Positions 9,602-18,340 of a stretch of 64,000 bases of DNA are shown here, one piece after another. Numbering within the stretch: position 1 is the stretch's first letter; each line of letters begins with the position of its first letter. The notes below the pieces were generated by a model, which saw only the letters and a list, made by a program, of their open reading frames with translations, made no database searches and was not told where the DNA came from. Source of the DNA: Candidatus Daviesbacteria bacterium (lineage in GTDB: Bacteria > Patescibacteriota > Microgenomatia > Daviesbacterales > UBA10151); the NCBI GenBank assembly GCA_016176335.1, contig JACOXI010000003.1:113104-177103 (forward strand). The letters are read 5' to 3'. The position numbers and the translations under genes are program-made.

Positions 9602-11395
9602 ATGATACTTAGAATCAAGCGATTAGAATTAAGCAAAGCTTTCCTTTCGCATTTGCAAAACGTAAGAATTAAGCTTTTTGTATTCTTTATGCTTACTGCT
9701 TTATTCTTTTTGCTTATTCCTACTGCTTTTGCCCAAACCTCTACCCCCAGTGCAGTGCAGTCTACTGTCTACAGTCTACCGTCTACTGTCCAGCCCACCT
9801 CCCCTCTTTATACCGACCTTTTGGTAAATAATATGTTTCATACTTTTTCCTGTCTGGCTGTGGGGTCTTCTGTCATTGGCCAGCCATGTTTAACTTACCA
9901 GATGACCCAAAATGCCCAGGGTATGCTGCAAGGAGTACCTGTTTTATCCCAAACTAACCTGTCAGGAGGGGCTTTGGGGGCCACCACCTCTTTAATTGGC
10001 ATGTTGTATCTTAATCCGCCGGTTCGAACAGCTGATTATCTGGCATCTTTGGGAGAGCAGTTTGGAGTGGTAAAAGAAGCCCGGGCACAAGTTGGGGGAT
10101 CAGGAGCCCAGGTTTTAAGTCCAATTTTAAACCTTTGGCAGGTATCAAGAAATATATCTTATGTGATTATGATCATTATTTTTGTGATTATTGGGCTGAT
10201 GGTGATGTTTAGACAAAGAATCAATCCCCAAACAGTCATTACTGCCCAGGCAGCCCTTCCTGGATTGGTAATCGGCTTAATCTTAATTACTTTTAGCTAT
10301 TTTTTGGCAGGACTGATATCAGATACGGCATTTGTGGGAACCAATGTTGTGGGATATTATTTCTCTGCAGCACAGGGTATCCCTCCACAAAATTTGGTTG
10401 AAAATATGAAAGATAAGAATGTTTTGAGTATTTTCAGCCCGCTGACGGGAATTATTGACAAAGATAATGCCGCTAGTGCGCTGAGTTCTATATGGAACGG
10501 CTTAAGCGACGGAGCACAGCGCTTATTAACACTGTTGGCTATGTTTGTAACCGCCCAAACAATTTTGCAAGGCACAGAGTTTCTAAAGCTGATCAAAACC
10601 TTCGGAGAGCCCATTCAAGCGGCACTTACCACTATAGCAGTAGGCGCTACTTTGGCTAATCCTACAGCTCTTATAGGGCTTGCCTTAGCCTTTATAGCAA
10701 CTGCTGTATTGCTTTATTCCATGTTCAAATTATTGTTACGCTTAATCAATAATTATATAACCATCATATTTTTGACAATTACTGCTCCTTTCCAATTCCT
10801 GGCTGCATCGTTGCCTGGAAGACAAAGCATAGCCACAGGTTGGATCTTAAATATGCTTTGCAATGTTTTGGCATTCCCGGCGGTTTTTGCCGCTCTTTAT
10901 TTCGTGGCTTTTATTTTGGGACCAAATGTTGATGCTGTGAAAAAGCTACCTTTTCAAACCACTACCACTTCAATAACCGGAACTTCCACATTTCCTCTTT
11001 TTGGAGGTTTGGATCTTAACTTTATTAATATTCTTCTGGCATTTGGAGTTTTAGTGGCACTACCCAGTATCCCGGATATAATTTGCCGGACAATCGGCAG
11101 GGTGGGGGTAGCAGGACAGCTGATTGGCCAGGAAATTGGGGGCGGCATTGGCCAAGGCAGACAATATGCCGGTCAATTCCAGCAGGGCGTAGGAGCTGCC
11201 AGCGGTCAATTAGCCAGAGCCAGAGGCTTGTTTAATACTCCTGGGTATAAAATGGAGTTGATTCCCGGCACTATTGATCAATATAGGATTGTAGAAACAT
11301 ACGAGGCGGGAAGGGGTGCTACTTTTGGAGCTTTGACTAGACAAGGAATTCGCAAACCACCAAAATTAGAACCAGGCGTCAGGTCGGGAATATAA
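9602..11395 (+). CDS. Polytopic membrane protein, VirB6/TrbL-like
   Basis: WQVSRNISY..RINPQTVITAQAALP..LITFSY; 7 or more TMs; Gly-rich C-terminus; next to the pilin array. Confidence 0.7.
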   Translation: MILRIKRLELSKAFLSHLQNVRIKLFVFFMLTALFFLLIPTAFAQTSTPSAVQSTVYSLPSTVQPTSPLYTDLLVNNMFHTFSCLAVGSSVIGQPCLTYQMTQNAQGMLQGVPVLSQTNLSGGALGATTSLIGMLYLNPPVRTADYLASLGEQFGVVKEARAQVGGSGAQVLSPILNLWQVSRNISYVIMIIIFVIIGLMVMFRQRINPQTVITAQAALPGLVIGLILITFSYFLAGLISDTAFVGTNVVGYYFSAAQGIPPQNLVENMKDKNVLSIFSPLTGIIDKDNAASALSSIWNGLSDGAQRLLTLLAMFVTAQTILQGTEFLKLIKTFGEPIQAALTTIAVGATLANPTALIGLALAFIATAVLLYSMFKLLLRLINNYITIIFLTITAPFQFLAASLPGRQSIATGWILNMLCNVLAFPAVFAALYFVAFILGPNVDAVKKLPFQTTTTSITGTSTFPLFGGLDLNFINILLAFGVLVALPSIPDIICRTIGRVGVAGQLIGQEIGGGIGQGRQYAGQFQQGVGAASGQLARARGLFNTPGYKMELIPGTIDQYRIVETYEAGRGATFGALTRQGIRKPPKLEPGVRSGI

Positions 11396-11420
11396 GGAGA
11401 TAATAATCAACTTCGGTTTA

Positions 11421-14400
11421 TTAAAGAGCCATCTTATCAAATAACCACCCAGCCCAATCTCGACCATCAAACTTTTTGACCCATTTACCATCTTCAGATA
11501 CAAAATAGTAATACGGCTGCCTAAGTAATTTGTAGATTTCTGCCTCACCTTTATATGCCTGCACTCCACCTCCGGGCCCTTTATCCAGCAGCCAGTCTAC
11601 ATAAGCATTCCAAAACATTCTGGCAATATGCCTGGAACTCCCGGTATTCCTCTCCTTTTCTAGGGCTATAGCCGGATTAAACCTGCCATCCGGTAAAAAG
11701 ACATCTGTTTTCCTCAAATCCAATGCTCCGCCGGCATTTCTACTATCCGAGTACATTGTTCTAATAGTTTTTAATGTGTCCCAAACTCTGCCAAAAGAGT
11801 CCAATAGTATATGAAACACTTCTGTTTCTCCTTCAGGCTTCTGCAAAGCATCAGTTAATTTCTGCCTTATCTCTAACACTTTTTCAGCATTATTGGTTGG
11901 TTTCATAAATAACCCTTCATGATGAAGCCCTGTTTTAGGATCAATCCCACCAATCAAAGCAAACCACAAGGAGGTACCGCTATCCATCAGGTTAATAAAT
12001 TTAGTAATAGCAAACTGGCTGGCTATTCTTTGGCCTGTTAGTTCGTGAATTTTATCATCCATCATTGAAACAGCTCCTATTACTCCTTTGCGTCCTAAAT
12101 TACCAGCCATGGTGTCTGCATGTATAGGAGCCGCAGAGAGTGCTGCGGTAAATCTTCTGGCCCATCTTTTAGGCATTTTGGCAACTAAGGCTTCGATTTG
12201 CAAAGCAAACCTGAACTCCCCTCCTTGATCCTCTGTATAGTACCCAGTACCCATATATTCCGCATTACCATCCTTAGGTAAAAATCGTTCCTTGAAAGCA
12301 TCTCTGACATTGACCCAACCCAAAAGTGACTCTTCAACTGCAGCATCAAAAACAATCCCCTCTAAAGTCATCTGTTCTCCGGGAAACGCTTTGACCCTGC
12401 ATAAAGTCGGGTCCAAAGTCAAAAGTAACCCTGCGAGAATATCTGCATCTTCTGGCCGTATTAGTCCATCCCTGATTTGCCTGGCCTGGTCAAACACATA
12501 ATCAGGCAAAAGGGTATGGGTATTGTTGCTTTGATAAGCAAAATAGGTGTGGGCAGTATGTAAGGCTAAATAACTGTCTGCTGCAGTTGGGAAATCCAAA
12601 TCAACTTCTTCAGTAAAAACACCGACAACAACACCTTCCCCGTCATTACGTTCTGTTAACACATATTCACCTTTATAAATTTGGCTGTCCAGATTGACGC
12701 GCTGACGTTCCTTTCCTCCTGGTTTATCATAGACAATAGCTTTACCCAACTCATCAAAATCGCTCTCGCCTAAACCCACAGGTCTGCCATCTTGGCCAAA
12801 AACAATAATAGGTTGACCGTTTCGGGTGTAACCGAAAACATGCGGTCTTTTTAATTTTATTTGGCTAAGAGTAAGCGGTTGAGGTTCAACCTTCTCGGGC
12901 TTTAAATTACCGTCCTTATCGAAATAATCTAAGTAATCAGCTGCATAATCAGCATCAGAAAATTTTGCCGCAAAGCCTTTTTCACTAACCGCATCTAGAG
13001 CCCTTTCAAGCGCCTTCTGCACCATAGCTGACCTATATCTGGCTCTAAAGTTACCGTGCTTACCTTCGTCGTCTTTTTCATCCAGTCTTTTTTTAAAGTC
13101 CGGTTCATCCCAGATAGGCGAGTCGTCTCTGTATTTCATCCTAGTCCAATTCACCACAGCCATAACAGTCTTTTGAGCTAAATGAGCGGGTATTTGATCA
13201 ACAATTCTTTCCCTATCTTCCGGACTTAATCCGTTATATAAAGCTTGTTCCTCTGGGGAGAAAGTATCTCGTCTTTTACCCTTTGATATTCCATCCAAAA
13301 TCCACCCGATATGTTGATCCCTCGTAAATGTTGTTTTTCTTTTTTCAAGCGACCATTCGCTAATATCAGGATCTTCAGCTTTTTGATCCTTATGATTCTT
13401 TTGCCGGAACTTTAGGTACTCCCGGACGTATTTATTTCTCTCAATAAAGTAAACTGCTCCGCCTCTGATAGTTGTTTCATGAGTTACACCTTGCATCTGC
13501 ATAGCAACTTCAAAGCTGGCTTCTGAGATGGCATAAGCTTTCTCATATCGTTTCTTCTCTTTTTTTGTAATTCGTTTTAGACTCACCAATTTATCAATTA
13601 ACGTTTCCTTTCTTCCTAGAATTATTGTCCCTGTTCTAACTTCCTGCCTCAACGTATCCATCAAGACTTGAATCTTCCCTAATTTCACAGAATCCCGTAA
13701 TCTCTTAGGAAGACGGTCCGGATCTATACGTCTTTTACCAACATATTCCTGATAGTTGTTTCTATGAACATCACCGTTATCAAAACCTTCATACAAAGCC
13801 TTAAACGCCTCAGCAGATTGATGAATACCTATCCGCTCCTGATTAGTCCTGGTATGTAATTTTGCTTGCAAATAATATTTCCGATCTTCTTCCGTTAAAC
13901 TTTCCAAGTCATCATCATTTCTTTTAAGATGCTCATCGAGCTGCTCCAGGAATGTTGCTCTGTCTAAGCGTAATTTAGGATCAGAGTCAATCTCTGCATC
14001 ACGCCAGTCATAGTCTTTTAAGACAATACCTATTCCTCTTTCTTTCAATCTTTCATAAGTGATTCTTCTAATATACTCATGTACTTGAGTACTGTCTCCA
14101 AATTGTCCTCTTGAACCTTGGGCATTAAGAGCAAATTCTACCATTGCCAAATTATCCAGATTCCACGTATGAAATCCTACCCCTCCCTCTTCCCCTGAAC
14201 GGAGAGCTCTGGTCCATCTTTCCGGTCCTTCATGCATGGCCATGGCCATCGCACCCTGTTTAGCGCCTTCCTTGTTGTAATGCTCACTGTTATAAAAAGT
14301 GTGCCACAGGAAAGCCCTTCCTTCAAATTCCTGCCTCAACTCTTTCATAAAGCCAGCTGTCATCTTATCCGGCACATCATCCATACCTTCTTGCTCTAAT

Positions 14401-15671
14401 ACCAACTCATTTCCTCTTGCGCTCAACACTTTCTTGAAATTCAGCAAATTTTGCATTAACTCATTAGGATCATATCCCAGGGCACGATTTTTAAGCATTT
14501 GCAGAAAAGTTTCTTTTGCGATACGGAATTGGGCAGGAGTTTTAGCACTGATCGTGTAATAATCCGGATAACCGCCGTATGGTTCCCAATAAGTTTCTGT
14601 TCTCTCACCTTCCTCTTCTTCGCCCGGGATACGCCATTCGCCTTCCTTGTAAGGACCAGGGTTTTCACCATTAATTATTTTCCTAAGTTTTCCGCGCGTC
14701 CATACAATATATGCAGTTTCAATATCCAATAACCTGGGGTTAACCTGAGGATCTTTTGCTTTACCGAGCAGAGCATCCTCAAGGGCCTGTCGGGCTTCCG
14801 GCTCCCTTTGTGCCAATAAAGCCAAGGCCTGTTTTTTTGAATAGGTTTTATTCTTAAAACCCAAAAATATAGCGTTATAAACTTCATCAACTTCCTTGAA
14901 TAATCCTTTTCTATGAGCTTCCTTAAAATATATAAGTAAATCTTTTTCTACTTGTTCTCTTTCGGTAATTGGAAGACGCAGATTCAGATATTTGGCGGTT
15001 AAGGTTTCTAAATTCTCACCTCTTGTTTCAATCTCGGTGAAATCTTCAGGCCCGGGCCCGTCTGTCTTTTTTGCCAGTTCAACACCTCTAGCAATTCTCT
15101 CTGCATATGCCTCTTTTATTGCCTCAATGAGCGGCTTGTCAGGCTGCTTTGTGACTTGGTGCTCTTTCTCAAGATTTAAAGGATCTTGCAGGTATCTGTC
15201 TTTTTGCTCTCTCTCTACAAAAGCTTTTAACCCTCTAGACAATTCGTACAGCCTTGGACCATTTTCGGCATTCCATCTAACCTCATAAGACAGCTCCGTC
15301 TCCATATAGGTAATCTCCTCCACCAGCCATCTCCCTCTTTCCGGACTGACTTTCCATTCCGGTCCACTGGTTGGCTCTGGTAATACTGCAGTTTCAGCTC
15401 CTGCTATTTGTCTTATCCTGGCAACTTCTTTGCCTGTTGTTGGATCGGTAAAGACAGTAAAGCCGTCTCTTTCGCTCTTTAGATATTCTCCTGCTCTTTT
15501 AGGATCATAGTCCCTTGAAATATGCCAAGGTTTTTGAGGATTTTGCTCGCCGGAAGGTTGAACCGGAGGCTGGCTTTCAACGATTGCAAAACCTGTTTGA
15601 CCCTCGCCCCCCGGGGTTGCGCCTTCTGGTCCTAGTGTTCCTTCTGCCATATTTCTTTCTGGTTGTGCCAT
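11421..15671 (-). CDS. Large hypothetical protein (1416 aa, charged, probably helical)
   Basis: Uninterrupted 4.2-kb ORF; no family motif recognised. Confidence 0.85.
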   Translation of the reverse strand: MAQPERNMAEGTLGPEGATPGGEGQTGFAIVESQPPVQPSGEQNPQKPWHISRDYDPKRAGEYLKSERDGFTVFTDPTTGKEVARIRQIAGAETAVLPEPTSGPEWKVSPERGRWLVEEITYMETELSYEVRWNAENGPRLYELSRGLKAFVEREQKDRYLQDPLNLEKEHQVTKQPDKPLIEAIKEAYAERIARGVELAKKTDGPGPEDFTEIETRGENLETLTAKYLNLRLPITEREQVEKDLLIYFKEAHRKGLFKEVDEVYNAIFLGFKNKTYSKKQALALLAQREPEARQALEDALLGKAKDPQVNPRLLDIETAYIVWTRGKLRKIINGENPGPYKEGEWRIPGEEEEGERTETYWEPYGGYPDYYTISAKTPAQFRIAKETFLQMLKNRALGYDPNELMQNLLNFKKVLSARGNELVLEQEGMDDVPDKMTAGFMKELRQEFEGRAFLWHTFYNSEHYNKEGAKQGAMAMAMHEGPERWTRALRSGEEGGVGFHTWNLDNLAMVEFALNAQGSRGQFGDSTQVHEYIRRITYERLKERGIGIVLKDYDWRDAEIDSDPKLRLDRATFLEQLDEHLKRNDDDLESLTEEDRKYYLQAKLHTRTNQERIGIHQSAEAFKALYEGFDNGDVHRNNYQEYVGKRRIDPDRLPKRLRDSVKLGKIQVLMDTLRQEVRTGTIILGRKETLIDKLVSLKRITKKEKKRYEKAYAISEASFEVAMQMQGVTHETTIRGGAVYFIERNKYVREYLKFRQKNHKDQKAEDPDISEWSLEKRKTTFTRDQHIGWILDGISKGKRRDTFSPEEQALYNGLSPEDRERIVDQIPAHLAQKTVMAVVNWTRMKYRDDSPIWDEPDFKKRLDEKDDEGKHGNFRARYRSAMVQKALERALDAVSEKGFAAKFSDADYAADYLDYFDKDGNLKPEKVEPQPLTLSQIKLKRPHVFGYTRNGQPIIVFGQDGRPVGLGESDFDELGKAIVYDKPGGKERQRVNLDSQIYKGEYVLTERNDGEGVVVGVFTEEVDLDFPTAADSYLALHTAHTYFAYQSNNTHTLLPDYVFDQARQIRDGLIRPEDADILAGLLLTLDPTLCRVKAFPGEQMTLEGIVFDAAVEESLLGWVNVRDAFKERFLPKDGNAEYMGTGYYTEDQGGEFRFALQIEALVAKMPKRWARRFTAALSAAPIHADTMAGNLGRKGVIGAVSMMDDKIHELTGQRIASQFAITKFINLMDSGTSLWFALIGGIDPKTGLHHEGLFMKPTNNAEKVLEIRQKLTDALQKPEGETEVFHILLDSFGRVWDTLKTIRTMYSDSRNAGGALDLRKTDVFLPDGRFNPAIALEKERNTGSSRHIARMFWNAYVDWLLDKGPGGGVQAYKGEAEIYKLLRQPYYYFVSEDGKWVKKFDGRDWAGWLFDKMAL

Positions 15672-15710
15672 GGTTTTGTATAGAAAAGTTTTCCAAAACC
15701 TATGGACTGA

Positions 15711-15758
15711 TTCCCTTCGACTTCGTCCTTCGATTTCACTCAGGACTTCGCTCAGGGT
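15711..15758 (-). repeat. Nested CCTGAG..CGAAGG mini-hairpin repeat
   Basis: Minus strand reads CCCTGAGCGAAG-[TCCTGAGTGAAATCGAAGGA]-CGAAGTCGAAGGG. Confidence 0.85.
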
Positions 15759-15836
15759 TATAATCAGTGTAGAGCTTCGGTCAACTAACTGTCAATCCTT
15801 CGACACTATGCTTCGGACTGATCTCCTTTCTAGATT

Positions 15837-15925
15837 GTTTATCGTAACGCCTTGCGGCTCTTCGTATATCGAATATCGCGGATTGCCGATAAACGATAAC
15901 CGATTAACGATAAACCATTAACCAA
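15837..15925 (+). repeat. Gene-less copy of the TATCG/CGATA heptamer arms that flank the four-helix-bundle gene
   Basis: Shares GTTTATCGTAAC, TCTTCGTATATCG, CCGATAAACGATAA and ACGATAAACCAT, in the same order, with the flanks of 46768-47130. Confidence 0.85.
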
Positions 15926-16004
15926 TTACCTGCTTGATTTAATTCTGATTAAATCCTGATGATTTTGAGGCTAAATAATAGGCCTTCTACCTGCATATAT
16001 CTAT

Positions 16005-16283
16005 CTACTTTTCTTCTTGGTATAACTGGTCGTGAGTTCCCAATAAGACAAAGTAAACAACAACAACTTCTCCTTCACTCTTCTCTGCATAAATTGCCCG
16101 CCAATTTGCAGTTATATCAATGCTTCGCAGTCCTTGGTATGGTTCTTTTAACAGGTGGTTATCTAATTCAAAGTCATTAGGGTTTCTGGAGAAAATCAAA
16201 ACTTTTTCCTTGAAGCTCTTGCGAACTCTCACATCTGCTTTTTTCAGAGTGCGTAAAAAGATAGGGGAATATCTGATGATCAT
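16005..16283 (-). CDS. RelE/YafQ family toxin
   Basis: LDNHLLK..YQGLRSIDITANWRAIY..LGTHDQLY. Confidence 0.9.
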   Translation of the reverse strand: MIIRYSPIFLRTLKKADVRVRKSFKEKVLIFSRNPNDFELDNHLLKEPYQGLRSIDITANWRAIYAEKSEGEVVVVYFVLLGTHDQLYQEEK

Positions 16284-16564
16284 ATTCCCTGTTTTTCAAG
16301 CCAAGCAACCGCTTCCTCTCCGGTTTTAAATGCCGGGGATGTTCTGCCTGCCTTCCAATCTTTCTCTGCTTGGCGGATAGCGTTTTTTAAGTACTCGCTC
16401 GGTTCTTCATCTCTGGCGCTAAACTCCACAGACTTTGTCCTAATAAACTGTTTTAAGAATGCCTTAATGACAACAGATAAAGGCATGCCAAGCGCTTCAG
16501 CTGTGGCTTGGGCTTCTTTTTTAGTTTTGGGGTCAACTTTGGCAACAACTACTGCATAACTCAT
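16280..16564 (-). CDS. RelB/DinJ family antitoxin
   Basis: KVDPKTKKEAQ.TAEALGMPLSVVIKAFLKQF; 4-nt overlap with the toxin. Confidence 0.9.
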   Translation of the reverse strand: MSYAVVVAKVDPKTKKEAQATAEALGMPLSVVIKAFLKQFIRTKSVEFSARDEEPSEYLKNAIRQAEKDWKAGRTSPAFKTGEEAVAWLEKQGI

Positions 16565-16607
16565 GGTATACTAAAGTATATACATTGGTACACCCATTTG
16601 TCAACAG

Positions 16608-17963
16608 CTAAATTAACGTCCCATTGCATACATAACACTTTTCAGTGCAGTAATTTACCTCTCCACAACTGATACAGCTTTTACCTTTCTTGCCTGCTTC
16701 TCCTCCAAAAACACTGCTTATGCTTCTAACTATTCCTGAAATCAAATTGCCGATCTTACTGGCAATACCTCCAACTGAAAATCCTGCTGATAATCCGCAT
16801 CCTCCTGCAACTACCCTGACTGCCTGATAACCCAGCCAGTTAACCTTCTCTTCCAAAGTCTTAAAAATAGGCATGATTTTATTTACAATTTTAGATGTCA
16901 TGCTTACCACTTTATCTTTTATACCAACTAAACCCTCCCAAATATAATCTGCTCCATTCAAAACAGCATTTAGGGCAACTTTTACCTGCTCGGGTGCAAA
17001 AACTGATCCACATATTCTATCTACCAAACAATGTATAAGGTCTGAACTCCCCTGGGCAATTTTTTGAAAACCCTCTTCTTTTAAAGCATTTTTCCTTTGT
17101 ATTAAGATCTCACCGCTACTTTCAAAAATAGGATTAGCCAGCAACCACTGATCTTTTGACCCTACCCTTCCATTAAAATAATCCGGTCTTGAAGCGGTTA
17201 TCATCTCTTCTGCCTGCTCATAACTTAAGTCTGAGGCAAAACGAGTCATTTGAACTATTCTTCTTCGAGTAAATGGGTCTTCTAAAAGCTCGTAACGATC
17301 CAAGAAATTATCAGTGAATATAGTACCTTCTACTAAACCAGGCCCTGAGATAACTTCAACTTTTAAATCTACTGGGGCGTTTGGATCTGCAAAAGCTTTC
17401 TGTATTTTTACAATACCAACCTTCTCTTGTTCTATTCTTGGAACATCATGTGATCCCATTTGCCTGTAATATTCAATGCCAACTGTTAAAACGTCTTCAA
17501 AAGCTTGATTGGGTAAATCCCTACTTCTTAACTTGCCATCATCATCAATATCATAAATAACAATACTGGTGGCTACATGGTAGCGTTCTCTTAGAGCAGT
17601 TTCTATCTGCTTTATTTCATGAAGTTTAAACTGTTTTCTTTCTTCTTCGGTTTGCAGAGTCTCAAACATTGCTCTTTCTAAAACAGGATTATAATTTCTA
17701 ACAGGCCCTCTTGCTTTTGTTTCTAAACTTCCATCAAATTGATTTTGTAATCTTGCTACTCTTGCTAAATATTCTTCAGTATCGAGTTTTTGTGTGTTAG
17801 AAACCCCTGTAGGGGGTAAGATTCGCTCGATTGGTCGCGCAATAACTATTGTATTATTAAAAGGGGAAACCTGTTCTCGTCTACCTCCTACATCCGGTTG
17901 AATTAAAATATCTAACTGCTTAAGATTTGGGGGTGTTAAATGTTGAAGTGTCTCTACTGACAT
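16608..17963 (-). CDS. Hypothetical protein with GGCG motif and C-terminal Cys-rich zinc-ribbon-like tail
   Basis: 451 aa; AGGAG RBS; ends CISCGEVNYCTEKCYVC. Confidence 0.8.
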   Translation of the reverse strand: MSVETLQHLTPPNLKQLDILIQPDVGGRREQVSPFNNTIVIARPIERILPPTGVSNTQKLDTEEYLARVARLQNQFDGSLETKARGPVRNYNPVLERAMFETLQTEEERKQFKLHEIKQIETALRERYHVATSIVIYDIDDDGKLRSRDLPNQAFEDVLTVGIEYYRQMGSHDVPRIEQEKVGIVKIQKAFADPNAPVDLKVEVISGPGLVEGTIFTDNFLDRYELLEDPFTRRRIVQMTRFASDLSYEQAEEMITASRPDYFNGRVGSKDQWLLANPIFESSGEILIQRKNALKEEGFQKIAQGSSDLIHCLVDRICGSVFAPEQVKVALNAVLNGADYIWEGLVGIKDKVVSMTSKIVNKIMPIFKTLEEKVNWLGYQAVRVVAGGCGLSAGFSVGGIASKIGNLISGIVRSISSVFGGEAGKKGKSCISCGEVNYCTEKCYVCNGTLI

Positions 17964-17981
17964 ATTGCTCCTGCAACGGGA

Positions 17982-18001
17982 CCCTTCGACTACGCTCAGG
18001 G
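17982..18001 (-). repeat. CCCTGAGCGTAGTCGAAGGG mini-hairpin repeat
   Basis: Core identical to 43695-43712; lies between the riboswitch and the RBS. Confidence 0.85.
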
Positions 18002-18007
18002 TAAATT

Positions 18008-18148
18008 GTGGTCGGTCTCCTGGCTCTTCGACTCGCTTCGCTCGCTCAGAGCTATAGCTTACCGAATCACAGTTGCGGCACAGCCCCGGACTTACACCGG
18101 GTTCCCTTTTTGTATCTTCTCCCGCTTAAAGGCGGCATGATACACCAC
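18008..18148 (-). promoter_or_regulatory. Cobalamin riboswitch
   Basis: Minus strand GTGGT-GTATC..GATAC-AAAAAGGGAA-CCCGGTGTAAGTCCGGG-GCTGTGCCGCAACTGTGA..GAGCCAGGAGACCGACCAC; B12 box and P1 GTGGT/ACCAC present. Confidence 0.92.
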
Positions 18149-18162
18149 GTTTTAAGAATAAC

Positions 18163-18263
18163 AACTCAAAACTCAAATGTCAAAACTCAAAATTACAAAT
18201 CAAATCTCAAAACTTTTTAGATTTAAGATGTAGATTTGCGATTTGAGATCTAAGATTGAGATT
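18163..18263 (+). repeat. ~100-bp imperfect-palindromic heptamer element (CAAA/TTTG family)
   Basis: 18219-18253 is the reverse complement of 45637-45671 with one mismatch; the left arm matches 24-54. Confidence 0.85.
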
Positions 18264-18340
18264 AGTAGAGATTGTCCCATAATGATCCCTTTTGTGCTGC
18301 TTGCCATCATTTTTTTCACATTGTATACATTTAAGTAATT

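Noticed and set aside
15711-15925. Possible CRISPR array in the repeat-rich intergenic region
   Set aside because: No identical 23-47-nt repeats with regular unique spacers and no cas genes; the repeats are nested hairpins and heptamers.
18008-18220. 70-aa ORF on + and overlapping short ORFs at 18200-18633
   Set aside because: They translate the antisense of the cobalamin riboswitch and heptamer element, or are off-frame shadows of PrgI.
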